A stretch of 64,000 bases of DNA, taken from Dehalococcoidia bacterium. Its GTDB lineage: Bacteria; Chloroflexota; Dehalococcoidia; Lucifugimonadales; HRBIN23. Every line of letters begins with the position of its first letter. Position 1 is the stretch's first letter. The stretch is taken from the NCBI GenBank assembly GCA_046294495.1, contig JBKBKV010000003.1, forward strand, positions 5,460 through 69,459. The letters are read 5' to 3'. This document shows, piece by piece, positions 26,814-36,687 of the stretch. Under the pieces are notes generated by a model. That model ran no database searches. It was not told where the DNA came from and saw only the letters and a list, made by a program, of their open reading frames with translations. The translations under genes and the position numbers were made by a program.

Positions 26814-28769
26814 ATGAGCGCACGCTTCATTCGCAACGGCTTTATCTGGCTCCTGATTATTGTTGCCGTGATTGTCATCATCACCACGGTGCTCCAGCCC
26901 GGCTACGGCAACAAAGAAGTGCCCATCAGCACGGTCATTGATTGGGCAAAGCAGGGGCGCGTTACCTCTATAGAAGTGCGCCGGGATGACCTTACCGTAA
27001 CTACCCAGGACGGGCAGACCTTCCGCTCCCGCAAGGAGGAGGGGTTCAGCCTGGTGGAGACCCTTACCCGTGAAGGTGTGGCAACGGGCGACGGCGGTGT
27101 GAAGGTTATCGTCAAGGGCGGCGGGAGCCTGGGGAGTTTCCTCAGCGTGGCGTTGAACTTCCTGCCCCTGCTCCTCTTCGCCTTTTTCCTACTCTTTATG
27201 CTTCGCCAGGCCCAGGGGTCGTCCTCTCAGACCCTAACCTTCGGGCGGAGCCGTGCCCGCCTCTTCATGGCCAACCGCCCCACCGTTACCTTTGCCGATG
27301 TGGCCGGTGTGGACGAGGCCAAGCAGGAACTCCAGGAGGTGGTGGAGTTCCTGAAGTATCCGGAGCGTTTCGCTTCCCTGGGGGCACGCATCCCACGGGG
27401 GCTGCTGCTGGTAGGCCCCCCAGGCACAGGGAAGACCCTCTTGGCCCGTGCCGTGGCCGGCGAGGCGGGAGTGCCCTTCTTCTCCATTAGCGGCTCCGAG
27501 TTCGTAGAGATGTTTGTGGGTGTTGGGGCCTCCCGGGTGCGCGACCTCTTTGACCAGGCCAAGCGCAATGCCCCCTGCATCGTTTTCATTGACGAAATAG
27601 ACGCCGTAGGGCGACACCGTGGGGCTGGCCTAGGGGGCGGCCACGACGAGCGGGAGCAGACCCTCAACCAAATCCTGGTGGAGATGGACGGGTTTGACTC
27701 CTCTACCAACATTATTGTGATAGCGGCCACCAACCGCCCCGACATCCTGGACCCCGCCCTCCTGCGCCCGGGGCGCTTTGACCGGCGGGTGGTGCTGGAC
27801 CTGCCGGATGTGCAGGGTAGGCTGGCGGTGCTGAAGGTGCACACGCGGGGCAAACCTCTGGAGAGCGATGTCTCCCTGGACCTTATCGCACGCCAGACCT
27901 CTGGCTTCAGCGGGGCCGACCTGGCAAACCTGGTGAACGAGGCGGCCATCCTGGCCGCCCGTCGCAACAAGAAGACCATCGGCGTGCGGGAGTTCGCCGA
28001 GGCCATTGACCGTGTGGTGGCAGGCCCGGAGCGTAAGAGCCGCGTTATATCACCCAAGGAGAAGGAAATTACCGCCTACCACGAAGCCGGCCACGCATTG
28101 GTGGCCCGCATGCTCCCCAATGCCGACCCTGTGCACAAGATCTCCATCGTTGCCAGGGGGATGATGGGGGGATACACCCGCATGGTGCCCCAGGAGGACC
28201 GCCACCTGTGGACACGCGCCCAGTTTGAGGCCATGCTGGCGGTGGCCCTGGGTGGTCGTGTTGCCGAGGAGTTGACCTTCGGGGAAATCACCACCGGGGC
28301 CAGCAACGACCTGGAACAGGCCACCCGCCTGGCACGGGCCATGGTCACCCGCTACGGTATGAGCCAGCGCCTGGGCCCCAGGGTTTACGGCAAGCGCGAG
28401 GAGCTGGTCTTCCTGGGCAAGGAGATCGCCGAGCAGAGGGACTACAGCCCCCACACCGAGGAGCTGATTGACGAAGAGGTGAACACCCTTCTGCGCCAGG
28501 CAAAAGAGCGGGCCGAGGCTATCCTCCGCGCCCACCGCGCCAAACTAGACCAGATCGCCCGCTACCTCATTCAGTATGAGACGGTGGAAGGGGAGGACCT
28601 GGAGCGCCTCTTCACCGCCCCGCCCGAGGCCGAGGTGAAGCCCGCCGGTGTTGCGGCGCCTGCCCCACCGGAGACACCCAGGGTGCCTGCCTCCGTCCCC
28701 GGCTCCCTCCCCTCCCCCGCCAAACAGAAGCCCCCCCCGGAAGGCCCTGCCCCCGCCCCAGCGGGCTAA
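26814..28769 (+). CDS. ftsH: ATP-dependent zinc metalloprotease FtsH
   Basis: 651 aa. Two N-terminal TM helices, Walker [12 protein letters not shown], Walker B FIDEIDA, SRH region, zinc site HEAGHAL, and a Pro/Ala-rich C-terminal tail. Confidence 0.97.
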   Translation: MSARFIRNGFIWLLIIVAVIVIITTVLQPGYGNKEVPISTVIDWAKQGRVTSIEVRRDDLTVTTQDGQTFRSRKEEGFSLVETLTREGVATGDGGVKVIVKGGGSLGSFLSVALNFLPLLLFAFFLLFMLRQAQGSSSQTLTFGRSRARLFMANRPTVTFADVAGVDEAKQELQEVVEFLKYPERFASLGARIPRGLLLVGPPGTGKTLLARAVAGEAGVPFFSISGSEFVEMFVGVGASRVRDLFDQAKRNAPCIVFIDEIDAVGRHRGAGLGGGHDEREQTLNQILVEMDGFDSSTNIIVIAATNRPDILDPALLRPGRFDRRVVLDLPDVQGRLAVLKVHTRGKPLESDVSLDLIARQTSGFSGADLANLVNEAAILAARRNKKTIGVREFAEAIDRVVAGPERKSRVISPKEKEITAYHEAGHALVARMLPNADPVHKISIVARGMMGGYTRMVPQEDRHLWTRAQFEAMLAVALGGRVAEELTFGEITTGASNDLEQATRLARAMVTRYGMSQRLGPRVYGKREELVFLGKEIAEQRDYSPHTEELIDEEVNTLLRQAKERAEAILRAHRAKLDQIARYLIQYETVEGEDLERLFTAPPEAEVKPAGVAAPAPPETPRVPASVPGSLPSPAKQKPPPEGPAPAPAG

Positions 28770-28885
28770 TAGGGGTCTCCTTACAAGGTTCGTGTGGGGT
28801 GCGGTGTCGCTGGGCAGATGTGGCGCGTGAAACAGCGCTAGGTAATAATGGGGTTAGATATCGCACCACCGTTCCCCCTGGGCAC

Positions 28886-29167
28886 CTAAGGGGCCGACAT
28901 GGGTAGCGTAGTCTCTTTGGCCTCCCCCTCCAAGGGCAGCTCCCTGTAATACAGGCCCCACTTCTGCATCAGGGCCTGCACCGCCGGCTCCTCCAGGCGC
29001 ACCAGCTCCCGCAGGAAGCCCGCCAGGGCGTGGGCGTGGAGCATGTCATCACTGCACACCCACGACCCCTTGCCCCGCACCGCATAGAGGACCCCATGCT
29101 GATGGGGACACCCTATCTCCACCCTCACACTCTCGCGTCCAGGCTTTTCAACTATGCCGTAGGCCAT
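28886..29167 (-). CDS. Small hypothetical protein immediately downstream of rtcB
   Basis: Track ORF 28886..29347 overlaps rtcB. Trimmed to ATG 29167 (MAYGIVEKPGRESVRVEIGCPHQHG...), which follows AAGGAGAAA and lies 25 nt after the rtcB stop. 93 aa. Confidence 0.45.
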   Translation of the reverse strand: MAYGIVEKPGRESVRVEIGCPHQHGVLYAVRGKGSWVCSDDMLHAHALAGFLRELVRLEEPAVQALMQKWGLYYRELPLEGEAKETTLPMSAP

Positions 29168-29192
29168 TCCGTTTCTCCTTTGGGGTGCTCGC

Positions 29193-30653
29193 TCACCCCT
29201 TGGTAACCCCGATAGGGCGCATGCGGGCCACCTTGTAGGCCAGCCCTGCCTGGTGGCACACCTCCACCACATCAGCCACATCCTTGTAGGCAAGAGACGC
29301 TTCCTCGGCCAGGGAGGCCCAGGACTCGGCCCGCACGATGATGCCACGCTCCCGCAGTTCCTGGCGAATGTCGTGCCCTTTCATAAGGCGCTTGGCGGCC
29401 GCCCGGCTTTCCCGCCGTCCAGCACCGTGGCAGGTGGTGCCGAAGCTCACCTCCATGGCGTGTGGAGAGCCCACACAGAGGAAGGAATAACGCCCCATGT
29501 CCCCAGGGATGATAACCGGCTGGCCCACCTCCCGATAGCGGGCTGGGATATGGGGATGGCCAGGGGGGAAGGAGCGTGTAGCACCTTTGCGATGCACACA
29601 GACACGCATACGCCGTCCGTTGATGGTATGTTCCTCTATCTTGGCGATGTTGTGGGCCACATCGTAGACCTGGTGTATGCCCATGTCTTCCCAAGTCTTA
29701 CCGAGGACCTTCTCAAAGGCTTCCCGCACCCAATGGGCGATGACTTGGCGGTTGGCCCAGGCGAAGTTGGCGGCACACCGCATAGCCGCCAGGTAGTCTT
29801 TCCCCTCCGGGGAGTTGATGGGGGCGCAGGCCAGTTGACGATCGGGCAGGGTAATGTGATATTTGCGCATAGCCCCATCCATAACCTTCAGATAGTCATC
29901 GCATATCTGGTGGCCAAAGCCCCGGGATCCGCAGTGAAAGAGGATGGTTACCTGCCCTACCCGCTCAATGCCAAAAGAGCGGGCTATCTGCTGGTCGTAG
30001 ATCTGGTCCACCACCTCCACCTCCAGGAAGTGGTTGCCGGAGCCCAGGGTGCCCAGTTGGTTGGCGCCACGCTCCCGAGGGCGGTGGCCTACAGCCTGGG
30101 GGTCAGCCCCTGCGATGCATCCCCCCTCTTCGCACGCGTCCAGGTCGTCGGGGTGTCCATAGCCGTGCTCCACAGCCCAGCGTGCCCCCTTGACCATCAC
30201 CTCGTCTATCTCCTGGCCCCGCAGGCGCAGTTTGCCAGCTGCCCCAACGCCCGTGGGTATGCGCTCGTATAGCACATCCACCAGACGCTCCAGCACAGGG
30301 CGCACATCCTGTTCTGTTAGGTTGGTGCGCAAGAAACGCACCCCACAGTTGATGTCAAACCCAACACCCCCTGGTGAGATGACCCCCTCCCCATCCACCT
30401 GTGTGGCCGCCACGCCACCCACTGCAAACCCATACCCCCAGTGAATGTCGGGCATGGCTAGAGATGCGTAGACAATCCCGGGAAGGAAGGCTACATTGGC
30501 CACTTGCTCCAGGGACTGGTCTTTGGTGATGTCTTCTAGCATCTTTTCGTCGGCGAAGACGATGCCCGGAACCCGCATACCCTCTTTATAGGAGGTGGGC
30601 ATTTCCCAGCGGTAGTCGTCTATTTTGCGTAGGATGCGTTTCCAGTCGGCCAT
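29193..30653 (-). CDS. rtcB: RNA-splicing ligase RtcB
   Basis: Trimmed to ATG 30653 (MADWKRIL...), which follows AAGGAAG. Contains DIHWGYG, GSGNHFLEV, HCGSRGFGHQ and the C-terminal HRP...KG typical of RtcB. No intein-sized insertion. Confidence 0.95.
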   Translation of the reverse strand: MADWKRILRKIDDYRWEMPTSYKEGMRVPGIVFADEKMLEDITKDQSLEQVANVAFLPGIVYASLAMPDIHWGYGFAVGGVAATQVDGEGVISPGGVGFDINCGVRFLRTNLTEQDVRPVLERLVDVLYERIPTGVGAAGKLRLRGQEIDEVMVKGARWAVEHGYGHPDDLDACEEGGCIAGADPQAVGHRPRERGANQLGTLGSGNHFLEVEVVDQIYDQQIARSFGIERVGQVTILFHCGSRGFGHQICDDYLKVMDGAMRKYHITLPDRQLACAPINSPEGKDYLAAMRCAANFAWANRQVIAHWVREAFEKVLGKTWEDMGIHQVYDVAHNIAKIEEHTINGRRMRVCVHRKGATRSFPPGHPHIPARYREVGQPVIIPGDMGRYSFLCVGSPHAMEVSFGTTCHGAGRRESRAAAKRLMKGHDIRQELRERGIIVRAESWASLAEEASLAYKDVADVVEVCHQAGLAYKVARMRPIGVTKG

Positions 30654-30720
30654 AGGCACTTCCTTATGGGGTTGCCTTGTCAGCCACACAGGGCGCTGGG
30701 GTGCCGACGCCCTTGCTTTT

Positions 30721-31983
30721 TTATCCTTCAAGGAGGCGCAGGAAGCGGCGCTCGCTTCTGAAAGGCCCCACCACTGCCAGGTTGGAGCGCTTGGGAACGA
30801 TGAGGTGCTGGGCTACCCTCTGGACATCCTCCGGCGTTACTGCCTCTATCTTCTGAACCACCTCATCCGGTGTTAGGACGCGCCCCAAGAGGGTCTCCTG
30901 GCTCCCCACCCAGAAGGCTACGGCGCGGGTGTCCTCCAGCCGTAGAAGGAGGCGCCCCTTGACCAGTTCTTTGGCCTTCTGGAGTTCCTCGGGGGAGACC
31001 CCCTGCCGCAGGCGGAAAAGTTCCTCCAACACCACCTTGAACGCCTCTTCAGCGTTGGAAGGCTCTACCCCCAGGGAGATCGTCCAGGCGCCGCAGTCTT
31101 TGTAAGGGACTACTCCGCTGGACACATCGTAGACCAGGCCGCGCTTCTCCCGCAGTTCCAGGAAGAGGCGGCTACTGGTTCCCTCTCCAAGCAACACGCT
31201 CAACAACTCCAGGGCATAGCGGTCGGGGTGGGAGTAGGGGAGGGCACGCAAGGCGAAAGCCAAATGGGCTTGCTCGGTCTTGCGCCACCCGAGGGATACG
31301 CGGGGACTGTCCTGCCCATCCCGGACGGGGGGGCAGACACCGGCGGTCCCCACGGGCCATCCCGCCACCAGAGAGGCGACCTGCTCTACAGCCTTTTCTC
31401 CATCTACAGCCCCGGACACAACGCACACCGTATTGCTGGAGACATAGTGCTGTGCCACCAGGTCCAGCAAGGTCTGGCGGGTAAGTGAAGCGACAGACTC
31501 GGGCGTGCCCCCTACATCCCGACCCATAGGCTGGTCGGGCCAGAGGGTGGTGTCCAAGAGGTAGTGCACATACTCGGCAGGATTATCCTTGCTGGAGGCC
31601 AGTTCCTCCAGAATTACCCCCCTCTCTTTTTCCACATCCTCCGGTGCGAAACGGCTGTGCAGGAGCATATCGGCCAGGAGGTCCAAGGCGTGGGAGAAAT
31701 GGGGGCTAGCCACCTTGGCCCAGTAGACGGTGGTCTCCCGGTCGGTGCTCCCGTTCATAAACCCACCTACGCCCTCAATGGCCTCGCTGATATGCCGGCT
31801 CGTGGGGCGCCGCTGGGTGCCCTTGAAGAACATATGCTCTGCAAAATGGAAAGCCCCTCCCACCTCGTCCGCCTCGTAGCGCGACCCGGCGCCGATGAAG
31901 AAGGCCACAGTTACCGACCGAGTATGAGGCATCGGGCACACAAAGATGCGAAGTCCGTTATCAAGGGTATACTTCTGGAACAC
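30721..31983 (-). CDS. M16 family zinc peptidase (pitrilysin/insulinase-like)
   Basis: 420 aa. Inverted zinc motif HFAEH followed by MFFKGT. GTG start. Confidence 0.9.
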   Translation of the reverse strand: MFQKYTLDNGLRIFVCPMPHTRSVTVAFFIGAGSRYEADEVGGAFHFAEHMFFKGTQRRPTSRHISEAIEGVGGFMNGSTDRETTVYWAKVASPHFSHALDLLADMLLHSRFAPEDVEKERGVILEELASSKDNPAEYVHYLLDTTLWPDQPMGRDVGGTPESVASLTRQTLLDLVAQHYVSSNTVCVVSGAVDGEKAVEQVASLVAGWPVGTAGVCPPVRDGQDSPRVSLGWRKTEQAHLAFALRALPYSHPDRYALELLSVLLGEGTSSRLFLELREKRGLVYDVSSGVVPYKDCGAWTISLGVEPSNAEEAFKVVLEELFRLRQGVSPEELQKAKELVKGRLLLRLEDTRAVAFWVGSQETLLGRVLTPDEVVQKIEAVTPEDVQRVAQHLIVPKRSNLAVVGPFRSERRFLRLLEG

Positions 31984-32124
31984 AGGTTCACCTTTATGGG
32001 GATTTCATATTCTATTGTAGTAAGAAAAACGGGACAGGCACAAGGGGCCAGGTAACGGTGTATAAGTCTCACCCCTGAAAGGGGGGGCCATCCGCCCAGT
32101 ATTGTGAGCCAGGTCGGGCCAGGT

Positions 32125-32712
32125 CTATGGGGCCACCCCCAGGAAAGGCTTCAGGGCGCCCATAATGTCTTCCACACGCATAGGCCCCACGAACTTCTTC
32201 ACCACCGTTCCCTGTGGGTCAACGATGAACTTCTCCGGGATGCCCGTTACCCCATAGTCTAGGGCGATGCGCCCTTTGCTATCCATCCCGTTCGGGTAAG
32301 GAACCTGGAAGCGTTCCAGGAAAGCATAGGCGTCGCTTTCCCTGTCCCACACATTGATGCCGATAAACTCTACAGGAAGGCCCCGAGCGCGCAGGTCGCG
32401 ATAGGCCTGGGCCAGGGCGGGGGCCTCAGCGCGGCAGGGGGCGCACCAGGATGCCCAGAAGTCTAGCAGGACTGCCTTCCCGCGCAAAGAGGTGAGCCGC
32501 ACCTCTTGGCCGGCAGAGGTTGTTATGGAAAAGTCGGGGGCAGGGCGAGGGCGGATGGCCACCTCCCCCAGCGCGGTGCGGACGGCTACATTGGCTGGGA
32601 GGCCTCCGCTGCGCCCTAGCGCCCACGCCAGCACCCCTACCAGGGCTAGGAAGGGGGGCAAAAAGACAAGTAGGAACACCCAACGCCGACGCATCATTTT
32701 ATTTTTATTCAA
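32125..32712 (-). CDS. Thioredoxin-fold thiol:disulfide oxidoreductase (CcmG/DsbE/ResA/TlpA-like)
   Basis: 195 aa. N-terminal TM anchor and WASWCAPC active site. The true start may be the ATG pair at 32697 (MMRRRW...). Confidence 0.85.
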   Translation of the reverse strand: MNKNKMMRRRWVFLLVFLPPFLALVGVLAWALGRSGGLPANVAVRTALGEVAIRPRPAPDFSITTSAGQEVRLTSLRGKAVLLDFWASWCAPCRAEAPALAQAYRDLRARGLPVEFIGINVWDRESDAYAFLERFQVPYPNGMDSKGRIALDYGVTGIPEKFIVDPQGTVVKKFVGPMRVEDIMGALKPFLGVAP

Positions 32713-33727
32713 CTCCCTGTGCGGGCGCCGGGCGTTGACGGAGCGCCCATATCAAGATACCCAGCAGAATTACCCCCAGGAGTGAGGCAGGGAGGGCTAC
32801 CACCAGGGGGGGCCGTTCCAATGCCTCAAGCACCCGCAGGGGCCAGCGAGGCTGGGGAAGCCCCACAATGCGGAAGGAGACCACCCCCCCTGCCTCTATA
32901 CCTTTGCCCTCCAGGATGCGGTAGGTCTTCCCCCCGATGCTGGCCGGCTCCTGCGCCTCCAGGAGTGGGCTTTCCACTCGGGCAAGGTCTTCGGGAAGCA
33001 TCAGCCGGAAGACATCGGCCCCGTGGGGCATATCCAGGGCGAATTCCACCCCCTCGCCCTGGTAGACCAGCCGATAGGTGAAGAGGACCTCGTAGCGCCC
33101 CGGAGGGATGGGGGAGGTCAAAGCGAACCCTTGCGCTAACTGCACCACCTCCCCACCCGGGGGGAAAGTAGCCGCCACATCCAGGCCCTGGGCCTGGGAA
33201 GGGATGGAGAAGCGTAGAAGGCTTGGGGGCATCTGGCCCATATCGGGCACCGCGGTGCGATCGGTGGGGTTCTCTATCTGCACCGCCTCCAGGAACTCCA
33301 GGAGCCGACGCCGTGGGTCGGCTCCAGTGGCCACGAGAGTAACCGAAAGGAGGCGCAGATTTTGCGTGCCTGGCGCCTTCTCGTAAATCGTGAGCGTCAG
33401 GGGCTTCGCCCACGCCTCCTGGCCCTGGGCAATAGCGGTATATACTACCCCCTGGTATGCAGTGCTGGCAAGGTAGGCCAGGTCTAGCCCCAGGGGCACC
33501 CCCTCAAAGCGGAAAGTGCCATCGGCTCCAGCAGTGGCAGTGCGGGTATCCACCAATCTCCGCTGGCGCACAATCTCCAGGGTAACGGGCAACCCGGCGG
33601 GCACCTGGCCCCCGCCCGTGCCGTTGACGATGCGCCCCTCCACAACACCCCCCTCCTGGGCGTGGAGGAGGTGGAAAGGCAAAAGGGTTAGCACCAGCCC
33701 CAGCATCAGGGCAACAGCCCCTTTCAT
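32705..33727 (-). CDS. Exported hypothetical protein with C-terminal TM anchor, embedded in the ccm cluster
   Basis: 340 aa. Signal peptide (LLPFHLLHA|QEGG). The N-terminal stretch VVEGRIVNGTGGG...TATAGADGTFRFEGVP resembles a carboxypeptidase-regulatory-like beta domain. C-terminal TM helix LPASLLGVILLGILIWAL. ATGA overlap with the upstream gene. Confidence 0.6.
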   Translation of the reverse strand: MKGAVALMLGLVLTLLPFHLLHAQEGGVVEGRIVNGTGGGQVPAGLPVTLEIVRQRRLVDTRTATAGADGTFRFEGVPLGLDLAYLASTAYQGVVYTAIAQGQEAWAKPLTLTIYEKAPGTQNLRLLSVTLVATGADPRRRLLEFLEAVQIENPTDRTAVPDMGQMPPSLLRFSIPSQAQGLDVAATFPPGGEVVQLAQGFALTSPIPPGRYEVLFTYRLVYQGEGVEFALDMPHGADVFRLMLPEDLARVESPLLEAQEPASIGGKTYRILEGKGIEAGGVVSFRIVGLPQPRWPLRVLEALERPPLVVALPASLLGVILLGILIWALRQRPAPAQGVE

Positions 33728-34047
33728 TGACGCTCGCCTCCTTGGGGTTGCTCACCTGCGCGGGCTGGGACACCCCCTTTCTGCTCTTGCAACGCCTTCA
33801 GCACTAGGGCCGCCTCGTAGCGCAGAGATGCAAAGCGCCGCTGGGCATCTGGGGCAGGGATGCGCCCCAAATCGGTGTCAGTTTGCAAAGCGACCATCTC
33901 ATCCAGCAGGGCGTGCCAGCGCGCCTCCAGGGCCAACAAGTCTTCTGGCGACCCCCGAGGCTGGGGACGCCAACGCCGTCTCCAGAGGGGCCACAACACC
34001 ACTACCCCGCTTACCAGGGCTAGCAGGAACCCTACCAGCAGAGCCAA
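33724..34047 (-). CDS. Small membrane protein resembling the N-terminal module of CcmI/CycH
   Basis: 107 aa. MALLVGFLLALVSGVVVLWPLWRRRW followed by an amphipathic helix region, as in the CcmI N-terminal segment. No TPR domain. Confidence 0.5.
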   Translation of the reverse strand: MALLVGFLLALVSGVVVLWPLWRRRWRPQPRGSPEDLLALEARWHALLDEMVALQTDTDLGRIPAPDAQRRFASLRYEAALVLKALQEQKGGVPARAGEQPQGGERQ

Positions 34048-34056
34048 ACCACTCCT

Positions 34057-36060
34057 TTAGGGACGCACCGTCTGGGGGAGTGGCCCCTCAAGTCCGTAGG
34101 CCATTGCAGGGGCAAAACGGCGCTGCGGCCATAGGGAGACCACCACTCCCAGCACCGCTAGAGGCCCCGCTAGGAACCACATCCACCACACCATAGGGTT
34201 CACCATAATGCGGAAGAGCACGCTCCCGTCGTCTTGGAACTCGCTGGCGATAATGTAGAGGTCTTCCCAGGGCGTGGAGCGTATTGCCGCCCGCGTCGCC
34301 GACACCGCCCCAATGGGCGAGTTGGGGAAAAAGGCGGTCCACGGCGTATACAGCCCCACAAACCTCCCGCCTCGGTAAACAGCAAGGGTAGCCAACTGCT
34401 CCTCCCTGTCCCCCCTCTCCTGGTGGCGTGTCGCCAGGAAGTGCAATGTCCACCCCTCCACCACCACCTCTTCCCTCGGCTTCAAAAGCACATCCCGCTG
34501 GACGCTGTAGAAGGTAGAAGCGGTAACTCCCAGCCCCAGCACCACGATGCCCAGGTGCACAAGGTAGCCACCATAGCGGGGGCGATTGCTCATAAGCAGG
34601 CGCAGGAAAGCGGCTAGCCACCCCTCCCCTTTGCGATGGCGCACCCAGGTGCCGTGCACCCACTCCTTCAGGATGGCCACCGCCACCATGCCCAAGATGG
34701 CGAAAGAGACCACCGCATAAGGCTTGCGCACACCCACGGCCAAAAGAAGCGCTGCCACACCCACAGCCGTGGCCCCCGGCACCAGCAGGGCTTCCTTGAG
34801 AGACGCCACGCTGGCACGGCGCCAGGGCAGAAGTGGCCCCAAAGCCATAAGGAAGAGCAGAGCCAGGAAAAGGGGACCATTGATACGGTTGTAGAAGGGT
34901 GCACGCACCGTAACAACCTCCCCAAAAAACAACTGGGAGAAGAGGGGGTAGATCTCCCCCCATAGGGTGGTGAAGGTGATGGCCAGCAACACAAGGTTGT
35001 TATACAGGAAGGCTGCCTCCCGCGACCAGGAGGACTCCAGGCCCCCTCCCACCTTCAGGGTGGGGGCACGCCAGAAAAGCAGGAGGGCTGCTCCCCCCAC
35101 TACCCCGGCCATAAAGGCCAGGAACACCCACCCCATGGTGGACTGGGCGAAGGAGTGCACCGACGGCACTGGCCCACCACGATTCATAAAAATGCCGAAA
35201 AGGGCCAGCCCCATGGCGATGATGAGCAGTGCGAAGTTCCATGTGCGGAAGAGACCCCGGCGCATCTCCACCATGGCCGAGTGGATGAAGGCAGTCATGG
35301 CAAACCAGGGCATAATGCCAGCGTTTTCTACCGGGTCCCACGCCCAGTAGCCCCCCCACCCCAGGATGGTATACGCCCACCACCCCCCAAACAGGTTGCC
35401 AAGGCTCAGCAGGAGCCACACCACCAGCCCCCAGGGACGCCCGGCGTCCAACCACGCCGACCCCTTCTGCCCCACCAGCAGTGCGCCCATAGCAAAGGCG
35501 AAGGGGACGCTCACCGACACCAGCCCGGTCATCATGGCCGGAGGGTGAAAGAACATCCCGTAGTGTATCAGCAGGGGGTTGATACCCCGCCCATCAGGGG
35601 GGGTAAAGGGGAGGCGGGCAAAGGGGTTGGCCAGAACCAGATTTACTGCTAGGAGGAACACCACAAACAAGCCGAGAATGCCCGCCGTGTAAGGAAGGAA
35701 AGACACTGTGCGTTGGGGAGCAAAGCGCACCGCTAGCACCGTCAGTAAAGCCATTACAAAGGCGAGGAAGAGCATGGACCCCTGGTTGCCTGCGTAGAAA
35801 GCCACCCAGGTCAGGTACCAGTCTAGGGCACGGTTGCTGTTTTCAAAGACATACCGCACCGAAAAGTCCCGCCCCAGGAACGCCCCAATAAGCCCAGCGA
35901 TAGACACCCCCAGAAGTATGGGCAGGAGATAAAAGGCCCTGCGAGCGCTCTCCACCAGCAGGGGATTACGCCTCCACGCCCCCAGGAAGGAGCCTGCCGC
36001 CCCATAGCAAGCCAGGGCCAGTGCCAGGACCATGCTGATAAGGCCGATGTCAGCTGCCAT
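34057..36060 (-). CDS. ccmF: Cytochrome c-type biogenesis protein CcmF (heme lyase component)
   Basis: 667 aa, polytopic. WWD heme-handling motif LGWGGYWAWDPVENAGIMPW. Confidence 0.9.
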   Translation of the reverse strand: MAADIGLISMVLALALACYGAAGSFLGAWRRNPLLVESARRAFYLLPILLGVSIAGLIGAFLGRDFSVRYVFENSNRALDWYLTWVAFYAGNQGSMLFLAFVMALLTVLAVRFAPQRTVSFLPYTAGILGLFVVFLLAVNLVLANPFARLPFTPPDGRGINPLLIHYGMFFHPPAMMTGLVSVSVPFAFAMGALLVGQKGSAWLDAGRPWGLVVWLLLSLGNLFGGWWAYTILGWGGYWAWDPVENAGIMPWFAMTAFIHSAMVEMRRGLFRTWNFALLIIAMGLALFGIFMNRGGPVPSVHSFAQSTMGWVFLAFMAGVVGGAALLLFWRAPTLKVGGGLESSWSREAAFLYNNLVLLAITFTTLWGEIYPLFSQLFFGEVVTVRAPFYNRINGPLFLALLFLMALGPLLPWRRASVASLKEALLVPGATAVGVAALLLAVGVRKPYAVVSFAILGMVAVAILKEWVHGTWVRHRKGEGWLAAFLRLLMSNRPRYGGYLVHLGIVVLGLGVTASTFYSVQRDVLLKPREEVVVEGWTLHFLATRHQERGDREEQLATLAVYRGGRFVGLYTPWTAFFPNSPIGAVSATRAAIRSTPWEDLYIIASEFQDDGSVLFRIMVNPMVWWMWFLAGPLAVLGVVVSLWPQRRFAPAMAYGLEGPLPQTVRP

Positions 36061-36583
36061 TTAGTTCCCCCTGGTCCTTTTGGGAGGGTGATGCACGGCG
36101 CCGGGCCATCCGCTCCTGGAAAGCCCTGTCCACCTCCTCTAGATAAGGCACTAGCGCATCCTGTGGGACTTGAGGGGGCGAGCCAGCCTGGAGTGTGGTG
36201 GCGCCCCGTGTGGCATACCAGAGGAGGAAGACGGCCACTAACACCCCTACCGGGGGCAAGAGCCAGGCGAGCCAGTGCCCCCCGCGTGCCGGTGGTGCTG
36301 CCAGCACCCCAGGGCCAAACCGCTCCACAAAGAACTGGAGGATCTCCTGCTCCTTTTTCCCCTGTGCCAGCATCTCCCGCACCACCTCCCGCATCTCCTT
36401 GGCCTGGGTAGCGCGGGACTGGTCAATGGTCTCGCCAGGGCAAACAGGGCAAATGAGTTTTCGGTCAATAGCCTGGGCTTGCATTTCTAGGCTGGCTGGT
36501 GTGGGGCGACAACCCCACACCCCCAGGGCCAGCAGGCCCAGCAAGATGGCAAATCTCACCAGGATGGAATACCCCCTCTTCAC
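36050..36583 (-). CDS. ccmH: Cytochrome c-type biogenesis protein CcmH
   Basis: 177 aa. Signal/anchor sequence, CXXC motif LICPVCPGETIDQS, and a later TM helix. Overlaps ccmF by 11 nt. Confidence 0.85.
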   Translation of the reverse strand: MKRGYSILVRFAILLGLLALGVWGCRPTPASLEMQAQAIDRKLICPVCPGETIDQSRATQAKEMREVVREMLAQGKKEQEILQFFVERFGPGVLAAPPARGGHWLAWLLPPVGVLVAVFLLWYATRGATTLQAGSPPQVPQDALVPYLEEVDRAFQERMARRRASPSQKDQGELNGS

Positions 36584-36630
36584 TACACCCCCCTACCTTC
36601 ACAGGTTATCACATCACGGGGGTGCTCTCC

Positions 36631-36659
36631 TTGTTTTTGTGAAAAATTTCCCCTAATAT
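36631..36659 (+). promoter_or_regulatory. Candidate promoter for the MMPL gene (TTGTTT N17 TAATAT)
   Basis: An AT-rich island in a GC-rich background. TTGTTT at 36631-36636 and TAATAT at 36654-36659, 28 nt before the ATG. Confidence 0.4.
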
Positions 36660-36687
36660 TCTACGCTAGAGCCGGCAGTGGGTATCG

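Noticed and set aside
28886-29347. 153-aa form of the ORF downstream of rtcB, and the idea that it is archease.
   Set aside because: Its first 60 codons overlap the 3' end of rtcB in another frame and are Pro/Trp/Arg-rich. The trimmed 93-aa product shows no archease-like sequence, so I call it hypothetical only.
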